From: an uncultured Planctomycetota bacterium
GTDB lineage: Bacteria > Planctomycetota > Planctomycetia > Isosphaerales > Isosphaeraceae
Assembly: GCA_963845755.1 (NCBI GenBank)
Contig: CAWJTV010000009.1
Location: forward strand, 128,001-192,000
Direction of reading: 5' to 3'
Length of the DNA stretch: 64,000 bases
Shown here: positions 10,247 through 20,638 of the stretch, piece by piece
How positions within the stretch are numbered: position 1 is the stretch's first letter
Layout of the letters: each line of letters starts with the position of its first letter
Notes under the pieces: model-generated
Told to the model about the DNA's origin: nothing
The model's database searches: none
Seen by the model: the letters and a program-made list of their open reading frames with translations, nothing else
Translations under genes and position numbers: made by a program

Positions 10247-11859
10247 TCAGAATCCCCAGACAATCTGGCCGATGAAACCGTTGTCCCTCAATGACGGGAC
10301 GCCCAGCTCGTCATAATTCTCGATCGCGAGCTTGAGGGCCAGCGACGGATAGAACCAATAATTCACGCCGATGGTATACCGGTTCCGGTCGAGGGGCATG
10401 CGCGCATACGGGAGGCCGAATGCCGCCGAAGTTGATCCCGGTCTGTGCGATGTTGATCCCATCGAACTGGACATGATCGAAACGGAAGACCCACTCCAGT
10501 TTCTGCAAGATCGGATTGGAGTTGTCGTATTGTCGATAGGCGACCTGGGCATAGAGTCCCTGCCGGTGGATGGGCCTGGACGGCGTCGACTGGTCCATGT
10601 GGGCCATCTCGAACCGCGCATCCCAATTGCCTTTGTGGTAGTTCGCGTCGATATCCCAGAGATTCAAGTTGTTATTAGCTGCGTCGTAGGCCTGGTTCGC
10701 CAGGCCGGAGATTCCCGCGATGAAGCCGACTTTCGGGATCGACAGGCCGAGTCGACCGCCCCAGGCCTTGGCACCATTCACGTCGACGGTCGAGTCCGTG
10801 AAATTGCTGAGGTCGGAGTAGACCTTCGGCGATAGGTTGCTGCCGGCAACCGACAGCCCGTTCGCCACGAACCCGACATATTCCAGCTTCACGGGCGAGT
10901 CAAAGAGATACTTCGCCCCGCGCAATTGCAAGCCGTCGAAATACAGTTGGTTCGGATACACCTGGTTGAACATAAGCGGATTGTCTGGAGTCTTGAGTAC
11001 CCATCCCAGCCGAAGGCGCTCGGTATAGAAACCAATCGGTGAGTAGAACCGGCCTGCGACGAAGGTCAAGCTGTCGTTGATGAACCACTCGGCTTGCATC
11101 CGACAGATCTGCAGCGAGCTGCCCAGGAGGATGATGTTCGCACTCATCATCCATCGCTCATTCAAGAGTATGTAGGGGTGGAGCTGGAGGGTCGGTGGGA
11201 TGAAGGTGGAGTTTTGCTTGCTGAAGGCGGTAAACTGCTGATCCAACATACCGTAGATGGCCAGGGGTGATTCGTTGTTGCGAGTCGGCAGGAAGAGCTC
11301 CCGGAGGGTTGACGGCAGGACCGGATCGGTGCGAGTCAAGGCGTCGACCTGCTCGAACAGATCGTCGCGCAACTTCGCCAGCGCCTGATCGCGCTGGGCA
11401 CCTTGCAGGATGCGGGCCTCCTGGGTCGCGACCTGTTCCTGGAGCTTCTCGACCGCCGCGCCCGTGGCAGGCTGCTTCTTGGCCTGGTCGGCGAGCAGTT
11501 GGGTCATCCTGAGCAGGACGTTGATCTGCTTCTGTTGCAGGTCGACCTGCCGCCTTGAGACGATCGATCTCCGGCCCGGACGCGGCCTTCGCCTGGGCCT
11601 GCGCCTGGCCGAGGTCCTGGAGCTCCTGACCGATCCGAGCCAATTCCGGCGGCCGGTTCGGCTCGGCAACCTCGGTCTTGCCCGGATCGGGTTCGGCTGG
11701 CCGGGAGGCATCGGGCGGCACGCCCTGTCCTCGCACTTCTTCGGCCCACGACCACCATCCAATCACGAGGACGATGGGTATGATGGCTCTTGGAATTGGC
11801 AAAGCATGGACTCCGTCCGTAACGTGCCCAGAAGAACGGGGGATGATATGACCCCGCAT
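10247..11859 (-). CDS. Outer-membrane beta-barrel/porin with N-terminal coiled coil (frameshifts near 11553 and 10415; start uncertain)
   Basis: Signal segment, Q/L-rich coiled coil, amphipathic strands (FVAGRFYSPIG, KAWGGRLG, GLYAQVAYR, YTIGVNYW), terminal beta-signal GQIVWGF. Confidence 0.8.
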
Positions 11860-12107
11860 GAGTCAGTCGGCGACCGGTGTCGCCGGAGATACCTCGTGCA
11901 CCGACGACGACTGGTCATCCCGCCCACTCGTGGGACCGGATTCGGTGCATGAGCGACCTGAGATCAGCCGGAGAGCGGCCGAGACGTGAAGTGGTCCATC
12001 CGTTCAACGATCGGCAAACACGGACAGAGAACTATTGGAAAATCCGACAAACCTCGCCAGGGCAACGGGGAAGTGGAGATCGAGGCGTCTTCTCCTGCCG
12101 GCGGCCG

Positions 12108-12746
12108 TCATCGCGGAGTCGTAGCTGGCGGGACTGCGGCGGGGAGCGGTGGCACGCCCGAGATCGATCCGGCGGCCGGTGATGACGCCGGTCTCGCCGA
12201 TCCCGAGGTGCCGGAGGCGCTCGGAGCGGCGGCACGGCCGACGTCCGGACGCGAGACCTCGGTCCCGGGGACGAAGCTGCGGAGATAATGGGACATCGCC
12301 CACATCTCGTCGAGGGCGAGCGTCCCTCGGAAGGTCGGCATGACGGCGCCTCGGCCTTCCGACAGGATATTGACGATCTGCGCGTCTGAACGCGACGACT
12401 GCCAGCGAGGGTCGGTGAAGTCGGGCACGTCGGGGATGTCCCAGACGCCCCGGCCGTCGACGCCATGGCAACGGATGCAGTATCGATTGTAGAGCGACAT
12501 GACGACGCGCTGTTCCTGGTCCGGACTCCGCATCCAGTACCATTGGCCCGCCCAGCCGGCGGGTGCGAGACAACGATCGGCCGGGCAGCCGTGGTGTCCG
12601 CAGGCGGGGTGGTGTTTCTTTTTCCAGAGCCAGCCGGCCTGCGCCACCGGTGGCGAGGCGAATTCCGCCGACAAGACCGCGAGAAGGACCAGGCCGAGTC
12701 CTCCGACCGCGGCAGTCCGCCGTCCTGGTCGCCAGAATGCCTCCAT
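12108..12746 (-). CDS. Monohaem cytochrome c, exported
   Basis: Signal peptide ending AQA, YCIRCHGVDGRG..PDFTDPRWQ..GRGAVMP. Confidence 0.9.
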   Translation of the reverse strand: MEAFWRPGRRTAAVGGLGLVLLAVLSAEFASPPVAQAGWLWKKKHHPACGHHGCPADRCLAPAGWAGQWYWMRSPDQEQRVVMSLYNRYCIRCHGVDGRGVWDIPDVPDFTDPRWQSSRSDAQIVNILSEGRGAVMPTFRGTLALDEMWAMSHYLRSFVPGTEVSRPDVGRAAAPSASGTSGSARPASSPAAGSISGVPPLPAAVPPATTPR

Positions 12747-12888
12747 GACACCTCCCCTTGAGCCTCGTGCTGATTCCCGGCCAGACGACCGATCCTTCGG
12801 GCTGGTTATGCCGAATTTTCATGTTTATCGGCTCCTGCTTCGCGCCATCGCGAGCCGAAAGTTTGAGAGCTCCGCGACCCGGCGCTGA

Positions 12889-13008
12889 GAGTCCGTCCCA
12901 GAAGGGGCCGGTCTGGGCGAGCGGGGGGCGTCAGCCCCCTGTCTTGGAGGTCCGTCGCTCACCGGACATGGGGCTGACGCCCCCCGCTCGCCCTTCTGTG
13001 ACAGACTC
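12889..13008. mobile_element. 120-bp MITE carrying a REP, with TGA target duplication
   Basis: TIRs gagtccgtcccagaaggg / cccttctgtgacagactc, TGA at 12886-88 and 13009-11, internal gcgagcggggggcgtcagcccc palindrome. Confidence 0.75.
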
Positions 13009-14242
13009 TGAGCCGAGAACGCGACCTCCCGGATTGTGGGTTGCCGGGCGCGGATGGGATTGAGACCATCCAGACCCGAAGCCAGCGAGATGGGATCTGG
13101 CTACACGCCCTATAAGTGCATCCGACAGGAGTTCTGGTTACAGGTTTTTTTGTCGGAAGTCGGAACCTCGGTCGCTGTCGCCATTTCGATCGCACCTGTC
13201 TTCGTCGCAAGCCCTGGACCGTGCCCGACGCCGAGGAGGTCGAGCCGTGGGTCCCGACCATCATTCGGCCCGGCCGCGTGCACTTCACCAGGACCAGAGC
13301 CGCGCGGCCCGTCAGGCCGCGCAGATTCTTTCCGAGAGTTCTCGCCGGAGACCACCGGTGGCCGTGCCCGTCACACCGGCCGTTTTCGGCGCAGACCTCG
13401 AGGGCCCCCTCGGGGCCGATCACCGCGCCGTCTGCCCCGTTCCCGCCCGACGCCCCGGCGCAATCCCCGGCCCTCTTTTTTTGAAAAAAATCTGGATCTC
13501 CCACTCCTGTTGAGAGTTCGGGCGCGAAAAATCGTCACGTCGGGCATAGGTGCATTAACGAAATTCCAAAGTTGTGGCATCCTGATAGTAGAGGGCTCAT
13601 CAGGGGGCTCGCACAACCCGTTCCCCGCCGCGTTCGAGGCGTCTCACAACCCATGTCAGGTGATCCCGGAACTCGTCGCCTTCGGCCGTCAACCGGTCGC
13701 CGGAGCCGACCGGACCGACCCGGCAAGCGCTGGTCCCGAACTCATTTCAGGCCAACGAGATCGGGGATGGGGACCTTCCCCATTTGTAACGTAGTGTGCC
13801 ACATTGTGCCACGATCGGCGCCGCCCGGCGGCGGTCCCACCATCCCCCTGACGCCGTGGGGATCGCCGCGGATTCTCGGGATTCTGGGAGCCAACCCGGA
13901 GCCGCCTGGGCTGGTGCCCGCGGGACGGATGAGGGGCCGAACCAGGGATGCCGCGAATCACTCCGGATCGATACGGTGGTCTTGAGCGAGCAGTGTCGAA
14001 AGTATCGATTGTAAAGGCTGTCCGGGCTTCGGCACCGAGACGGAGCGAACCGAGACATTTTGGGGAACCTGGGAGTCGCGTGGACGGGAATGCGCATCCA
14101 TTCGATCCGACCGAATCGCTCACCCGAATCGCAGGGAAACCATTCCGGCCGCTTTGAACGCGTGAGCCGGTGATGTAAAATTCTTTTTCCCGGTATTCCG
14201 CGGCAAGTCGTCCCCACAACGAAATCTTGTTTGCACTCAATC

Positions 14243-16754
14243 ATGGCATCTAAACTTTCTCAACGCCCCGCTGCCAGGTCACCCGAAGTCGGGACGACTT
14301 CCGCCCTGAGAACCGAGGCGGAGCGTCTGATCGAGAAAGAGCGCTACAAGGATGCGGTCAAGCAGGCAAAGTTGTGTTACAAGGAGGCGGGCACGCCGGA
14401 GAACCATGGCCTTCTCGAGCGCGCGTATTTCCTTCGTGCGCGGCAGCTCCTCCAGCAAGGGATGCGATCGTCGGCCGCGGAGGTCGCCCAGCACTTGCTC
14501 GATTTCGGCGTGACGGGCTCCGACTTGCTGGAGGAGCTGGTCCGGCTGCTGATCACACTCGGGTTCGAGAAGGCGGCGATGCAGATCCAGGAACGGCTGG
14601 GCTCGCCGGCACAGAAGGGGCGGATCACGGAGCTGGCGGCCGACCAGCTCGTGCTTCATCCCGAGCGCACGGGGTGGCCGCGCCGGAGCTGGTGCGAGAC
14701 GCCGGCCTCATTCGCCAGGCACTGGAGAAGCTCCAGGTCAAAGATGAGGCCGGTGCCATGGAGACGCTCCGCGATCTGGCGCGGAGCTCGCCGCTGAGCG
14801 AGTGGAAGTTCTTCGTCCGGGGATTGGCCGCGTTCTATCGGCAGGACGATGCGGAGAGCCGGGCCAACTGGGACCGCCTCGCCCCCCAGCGGATGGCCTT
14901 CCTGATCGTCGAGAAGCTGCGCCGACTCATGGCGGAGGCGGCCGGTTCGAACCCGACGACCCTGGAAACGATGGAGAAGCTCGTCTTCGGCGAGCCGATC
15001 CTCAGCCGACTCCGGCAGGTGCGCGACCTGGCGGCCAGCCAGGAGTGGGACAAGGTTTTCCGCTTGCTCGGTCCGCTCCGTCATGGCTTGCAGCAGATCG
15101 ATCCCAAATTGGCCGAACGACTCACCGGCGTCCTGATCGGCTCGCTGATCAAGGCCGCGCAAGACCTGGACTGGCCCGAGGCGAAACACCTCATTACCCA
15201 ATTTACCCGGGTCGCGCAGCCGATGGCGATCGACCCGCGATGGAACCGACTGTGGGCGATCATCTGGGACGGGCCGCATGCCGATTTCGGGGGAGCGGTC
15301 GCCCGCTGGGTTGAGTACATCGCGGACCTCGAGACCCTGGAGTCGCTCTCGTCCTCAGAACGGGCACTGGCGCAGGCGATCGTCTGGGACCACGTGGCCC
15401 AGATCCATGGCGAGGAAGTCGAATACCTGTTGGACGACCTCGGCGAGTCACCTTTTCTGCCGTTCGCTCGACCGAGTCGGGACTCCAGGAAGAAGCGGGC
15501 TAAGGATCCGGCGGTCGTCGCCGTCAAGAAGCAGGTCGTCGATTCCCTGGGCGCAGCCTCAACCTTGCGCCCGAGTATCTCCCTACCTATCGGCTGCTGG
15601 TCAAGTTCCACCAGGAGTGGGAGGATTCCAAAGGGCTGGAGGCGGCCGCGAAACGGCTCCTCTCGGCCTTTCCCGACGACTTCGCGACCCATCAATTGCT
15701 GGGCCGTCACTACTTCCAAGGGAGCGACCTGACCGCGGCGCTGGTGCACCTCGAAAAAGCGCGCGCTCTCAAGCCGCTGGACCAGTCGCTGCGCGAGCTG
15801 GAGTGGATGATTCGGGTCGGGCAGGCGCGCAACTATGCCCTGGTCGGGCGCTGGGACGAAGGTCGCGCCGAGTTCGATGCCGCCGATAAGTTACTGCCCG
15901 AGTCCCGGCGGATGTACAGCTACCTGGCCCGCAAGGCGATTTTCGAGTACAAGGCTGGCCAGGGAGAGCGGAGCGACGAATACGTGCGCGAGGCCCAGGC
16001 CCTGCTGGCCGAGCCGGGCCCGCTCTGGCTGTCGCTGGCGATCGAGTCGAGCCGCTACCACATGCCCAAGAGCACGGTCAACGGATACGCCAAGAACTGG
16101 GAGACCGAGCAGAAGAAGAAGTGTCGGAGCGAGACGGCCGGAGCACTCGCGGAGCTGTTGGGGGGGTTCGTCGCCGCTGGTGTCGATTATCCCGGCCGCG
16201 CCAAGCACATGACGCAGGTCGTCGCCTACCTCCGGCGCACCCTCCGTCTGAAATACCGCCGGGAAGACATCGAGAACGTCCTCGCGTTCCTCAAGTACGT
16301 TCCCGACGAATTTACGTTATTCGAAAAACTCATCAGGGCCGGGTTGAAGCAGCACCCCGACTCGGTCCTGCTGAACCTCGACGCGGGCGAGGTCGAGCTG
16401 ACCAAGGGAAAGCATCTCGTCGGGGGCGCTCGGACGGCCCAGCATTATCTGGAAACCGCGCTCAAGCTCGCCGAGGCGTCGACGGATCCGAAGGTGACCG
16501 CCCTGCTGCCGGTGATCCGCAGCCAGCTCGGCGTGCTGGGCGAGATCACCGAGCGATTCGGACGATTCGGGTTCCCCTTCGGCGGCGACCCCTTCGGGAC
16601 GTCGTTCATCGATACTTCCGATTTTGAGGACGATTTCGACGACGAGGACGACGAGTTGGATGATTTCGACGATGAGGATCGGGTCCCCGTGCCGGCTCCC
16701 CCACGCCGCGCGCCGAAGAAACGCGGCTCCCGCAAGCGCAAGAAGAAGCGATAA
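14243..16754 (+). CDS. Large helical/TPR-like protein (frameshifts near 14673 and 15552)
   Basis: Three consecutive ORFs form one helical-repeat protein with an acidic then Lys/Arg-rich tail. First gene of the chaperone operon. Confidence 0.7.
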
Positions 16755-16760
16755 CGAACC

Positions 16761-17059
16761 ATGACCGACCCCTATGAGACCTTGAGCCTTCCCCCGGATG
16801 CCGGCGAAGCGGAGATCCGGCGGCGATACCTGGAACTGGTCCGGGAGTTCCCGCCGGACCGGGCCGCCGGAGCGATTCGCGATGATCCACGCCGCATACG
16901 AGGAGCTGCGCGACCCGGCGCACCGGTTGCAGTCGCAGATCTTCCAGTGCGAGACCACGGTCGAACTCGCTCGAGACGCTGGCGGCCGACTTGAGACGCC
17001 GGCTGCGGACCGCCCGGCTCCCGGTCGCCAGCCTGTTGAACCTTGTGGACTCGCCATGA
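16761..17059 (+). CDS. Small J-domain protein with FPPD in place of HPD (two frameshifts)
   Basis: DPYETLSL..AGEAEIRRRYLELVREFPPDR..ERFAMIHAAYEELRDP. The stitched stop overlaps the grpE ATG (ATGA). Confidence 0.75.
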
Positions 17060-18045
17060 ACGACACCCATTCAGACGATGTCAACGGCCTCCTCGAACGC
17101 TTTCGAGAATGGCTCGACGCCACCCAGATCGAGGCCGGCAACCTCCAAGGCTCCGGCAATGGTACCGGCCCGGAATCGGGCGATCCCCGGGACGCGGAGC
17201 ACCTGCGCCCGGAGCTCGGCCTGATCCAGTTGACCGAGGAGTTCACGGCGCTGCGTCACGAGCTGAAGCTCCAGACCAAGAGCGGCCGGGGGCTCCTCGA
17301 GCAGGCGGAGGCCATGATCGCCGCCATGCGCCAGGCCATCGAGCAGTTCCGCTCGGTCGAGTCCAAGGAGTCTCAGGCCGCCTGGGCCTCCGGCAAGGTC
17401 CTGGCCGAGGCCCTGGGCGACCTGGATGAGGCCCTCGACCGCGGCCGGCGTGAGATCGAGAAGGCCAGGCGGCGCATCGCCGAGGAGTCGATCCAGGTGC
17501 TGGTCAACGCGCTCGATGAACGGTTCCGCCGGCAATCGTGGATTCGCCGCCGGATGACGGGCGGATACCACGGACAGGTCCTCGACGTGGTGCGGGAAGT
17601 CGGCCGGACTCGCCGCGCCCTGTTCGACTCGCTCCTCGAAGGCTACGGCCTGATCCAGAACCGGCTCGCCCGCGCGATGAAGTCCGAGCGAATCGAGCGC
17701 ATCCCTTGCGAGGGGAACCCGGTGGATCCGGAACGGATGATGGTCATCGAGGTCGTCGAGGACTCGGGCCACCCGCCAGGGACGGTGGCCAAGGAGCTTC
17801 GGCGCGGATATACCTGGAAGGGCCGGCTGCTCCGTTACGCGGAGGTCCAGGCCGTCAGCACCGCGCATGGCCCGGATCCGGAGACCGACTCCGACGGCCC
17901 GGATCCCGGCGGCGGCGAATCGGGGCTCGCAGGCGGCGGCGAGTTCGACGACATCGACAACGGCCGCAACGGCGACGACGAGAACGACACCGGCATCGAC
18001 CTGGCGATCGCGACCGACCGGAACGCACCGGCCGGCTCGGATTGA
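17056..18045 (+). CDS. grpE: GrpE-family nucleotide exchange factor (divergent)
   Basis: Coiled coil, then GNPVDPERMMVIEV..GTVAKELRRGYTWKGRLLRYAEV. Confidence 0.8.
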   Translation: MNDTHSDDVNGLLERFREWLDATQIEAGNLQGSGNGTGPESGDPRDAEHLRPELGLIQLTEEFTALRHELKLQTKSGRGLLEQAEAMIAAMRQAIEQFRSVESKESQAAWASGKVLAEALGDLDEALDRGRREIEKARRRIAEESIQVLVNALDERFRRQSWIRRRMTGGYHGQVLDVVREVGRTRRALFDSLLEGYGLIQNRLARAMKSERIERIPCEGNPVDPERMMVIEVVEDSGHPPGTVAKELRRGYTWKGRLLRYAEVQAVSTAHGPDPETDSDGPDPGGGESGLAGGGEFDDIDNGRNGDDENDTGIDLAIATDRNAPAGSD

Positions 18046-18091
18046 TCCCATCCCGCCAAGAATCACCGCTCGAGTCAAGGAAATCGCAGCT

Positions 18092-19903
18092 ATGGATCAA
18101 GAGACGATCATCGGTATCGACCTGGGGACGACCAACAGCGAGGTCGCCGTCATCCGCGACGGCGAGCCGGTCGTCCTCGACGACGGCGACGGCGAACCGA
18201 TCTTACCTTCGGTTGTCGGCCTGGATCCTCAGGGCCATCTGCTCGTCGGCAAGGCCGCGCGCAATCAGTACGTCCTGGCGCCCGAGCGGACGATCCGTTC
18301 AATCAAGCGGAAGATGGGCCAGGAAACGACGGTCGCGCTCGGCGACAAGAAGTACACACCGCAGGAGATCTCGGCCATCATCCTGCGGACGCTCAAGTCC
18401 CGGGCGGAGAAGGCGCTAGGCCGCCCCGTCTCGAAGGCGGTGATCACGGTCCCGGCGTTCTTCAACGATGGGCAGCGGCAGGCCACGCGCGAGGCCGGCG
18501 AGCTGGCCGGGCTGGAGGTCGTCCGGATCATCAACGAGCCGACCGCCGCGGTGCTCACCTACGATCCTCACCCCACCGATATGGAACGGCTGCTGGTCTA
18601 CGACCTGGGCGGAGGCACCTTCGACGTCTCGCTGGCCCAGGTCGAGAACGGCGTCGTCGAGATCCAGGCCAGTCACGGCGATACCCAGCTCGGCGGCGAT
18701 GACTTCGACCAGTTGCTCCTCGACGATATCTGCGACGAGTTCGCCGAACAGCACGGCGTTGACCTCCGGGCTTCGCTGGGGGCCAAGGCCCGGGTCCTCC
18801 GCGCCGCGGAGGATGCCAAGAAGCGCCTCTCCTCCGAGGCGGTGACCACCGTGGAAGAGGAGTTCATCGCCGAGAAGGACGGGCGGCCGTTGAACCTGAA
18901 ACTGGAGATCTCGCGCTATGACTACGAGGAGCTGATCCGCCCGTTGCTGATGAAGACGCTCACCTGCCTCGACCAGGCGCTTTCCGATGGGAAGGTGCAG
19001 GCCAACCAGATTGACAAGGTGATCCTGGTGGGCGGTGCAACCCGCACGCCCCTGGTCCACGAACTGCTGGAAGAGCGACTGGGACGGCCGGTCCACAGCG
19101 AGATCGAGCCCGACCTGGCCGTGGCGCTGGGGGCGGCCGTCCAGGGGGGCCTGATCTCCGGGATCGACGTCGGCCCGATCCTGGTCAACATCACTCCGCA
19201 TACCCTCGGCATCGAGGCGCTGGGCGAGCTATACGGGTTCATGTCAACCTACCATTTTTCGCCGATCATCGAGCGCAACAGCCCGTTGCCGATCAGCCGG
19301 ACCGAGATTTACTCGACGGTCGTCGATAACCAGCCGGGGGCCGACATCCGGATCTTCCAGGGAGAGAACCCCGACACGCGCTACAACACACTGGTTGGCC
19401 AGTTCAAGGTGGAAGGGCTGGCCAAGGTCCCGGCCGGCAATCAGATCCTGGTCCGGCTGGACCTCGACCTCAGCGGGATCCTCAAGGTGACGGCGACCGA
19501 GCGTGCCACGGGCCTGGCCAAGCACGTCGTGATCGACAACGCGATGGAGCGATTCCGCACGCGCCAGCGCAGCGACGCGGTCGACCGCCTCGAGGCGGTC
19601 ATGGGTACGGTCGAGGGAGCCCAGGGCCTCGCCTTGCCCGGCCCGGCCGGAGCGGGCGAGTCCGCCGAGCCGGCCGCCGCCGCCGGCGAGATGGAACCGT
19701 CGCTCCGCCAGGCCATCGATGCAGCGTCGGCCGCCATCGCCAAGGCCGAAGGAGTCCTCCCCTCGGCGAACGCCGAGGACGCCCGCGAGCTGGACTCCAT
19801 GCTGATCGACCTCCGCGGTGCAATCCAGAACCGGTCCGAGGAGCAGATCCGTACCGCCACCCGCGAGATCGAGGACCTGATCTTCTACCTCGAGGACGCC
19901 TGA
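18092..19903 (+). CDS. Hsp70/DnaK-family protein (accessory paralog)
   Basis: GIDLGTTNS, TVPAFF, IINEPTAA, YDLGGGTFD, LGGDDFD, LVGGATR. Atypical linker ILVNITPHTLG and short lid. Confidence 0.95.
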   Translation: MDQETIIGIDLGTTNSEVAVIRDGEPVVLDDGDGEPILPSVVGLDPQGHLLVGKAARNQYVLAPERTIRSIKRKMGQETTVALGDKKYTPQEISAIILRTLKSRAEKALGRPVSKAVITVPAFFNDGQRQATREAGELAGLEVVRIINEPTAAVLTYDPHPTDMERLLVYDLGGGTFDVSLAQVENGVVEIQASHGDTQLGGDDFDQLLLDDICDEFAEQHGVDLRASLGAKARVLRAAEDAKKRLSSEAVTTVEEEFIAEKDGRPLNLKLEISRYDYEELIRPLLMKTLTCLDQALSDGKVQANQIDKVILVGGATRTPLVHELLEERLGRPVHSEIEPDLAVALGAAVQGGLISGIDVGPILVNITPHTLGIEALGELYGFMSTYHFSPIIERNSPLPISRTEIYSTVVDNQPGADIRIFQGENPDTRYNTLVGQFKVEGLAKVPAGNQILVRLDLDLSGILKVTATERATGLAKHVVIDNAMERFRTRQRSDAVDRLEAVMGTVEGAQGLALPGPAGAGESAEPAAAAGEMEPSLRQAIDAASAAIAKAEGVLPSANAEDARELDSMLIDLRGAIQNRSEEQIRTATREIEDLIFYLEDA

Positions 19904-19916
19904 CGTATATCCATCC

Positions 19917-20267
19917 ATGACCCGACGTGACTCTGAGGAACCGATCCGTCCGCCCGATGTCCTGCGGTGCCCGACCTGCGGCGCCCGGCAGGGCATGACG
20001 GATGCGTGTCGAAGGTGTAAGAGCGACTTGCGGTTGCTCCGCTCCGCGCTCGAAGCGTACGAGCGGCACCGCCGGTCCAGCCTGCTCGACCTCGGCGCCG
20101 GGCGGCTCGAGACCGCCTTGCGGCACGCCCGCAGGTGCCACGAACTCTCGCCCGGCCCCGAGTCGCACCGCCTGTTGGCCGTATGCCAACTCCTCCGCGG
20201 TGATTGGTTCGAAGCCCTCGATTTCGCCCGATCCGTCGAGGAAGACGTCGCCGGATCGGACCATTGA
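19917..20267 (+). CDS. Zinc-ribbon + TPR-like small protein
   Basis: CPTC..CRRCKSDL followed by a helical hairpin; 13 bp after the Hsp70 stop. Confidence 0.75.
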   Translation: MTRRDSEEPIRPPDVLRCPTCGARQGMTDACRRCKSDLRLLRSALEAYERHRRSSLLDLGAGRLETALRHARRCHELSPGPESHRLLAVCQLLRGDWFEALDFARSVEEDVAGSDH

Positions 20268-20638
20268 GGCGGCCGCGGTCCGCTCGACTCTCCTCTGCTC
20301 CCAGGCCCCATCAGGCGACGGCGGAGGTCGCCTCCGGCACCCCATCGATCTCGTCCGTAGTAGCGCGATCAAGTGATGATGAGAGCTTCCGCAAGGGGAT
20401 CCGTCACGCCGCCCTCTGGGCGGTACATGAAGCGATGCAAATGGAATGCCTCCGCACATGCCAGCATTCGGAAAGGCGGTTTCTCGAGCCGGTTCCGGGA
20501 TCCTGTCGATCAGGAATAGGGGAATCGCGAATCGCGGATCGGGAATGCGGATTCCCAAAGATGCGCGGCGACGGGGCACGGCGATCTTCTGGAGCGAGCC
20601 GCCAGCCGCCCATGACCGAGGAACCCTCCACGCGGAGA

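Noticed and set aside
14230..14256. CIRCE-like TTTGCACTC before the Hsp70 operon
   Set aside because: Only an imperfect half-site; no GAGTGCTAA arm 9 bp downstream.
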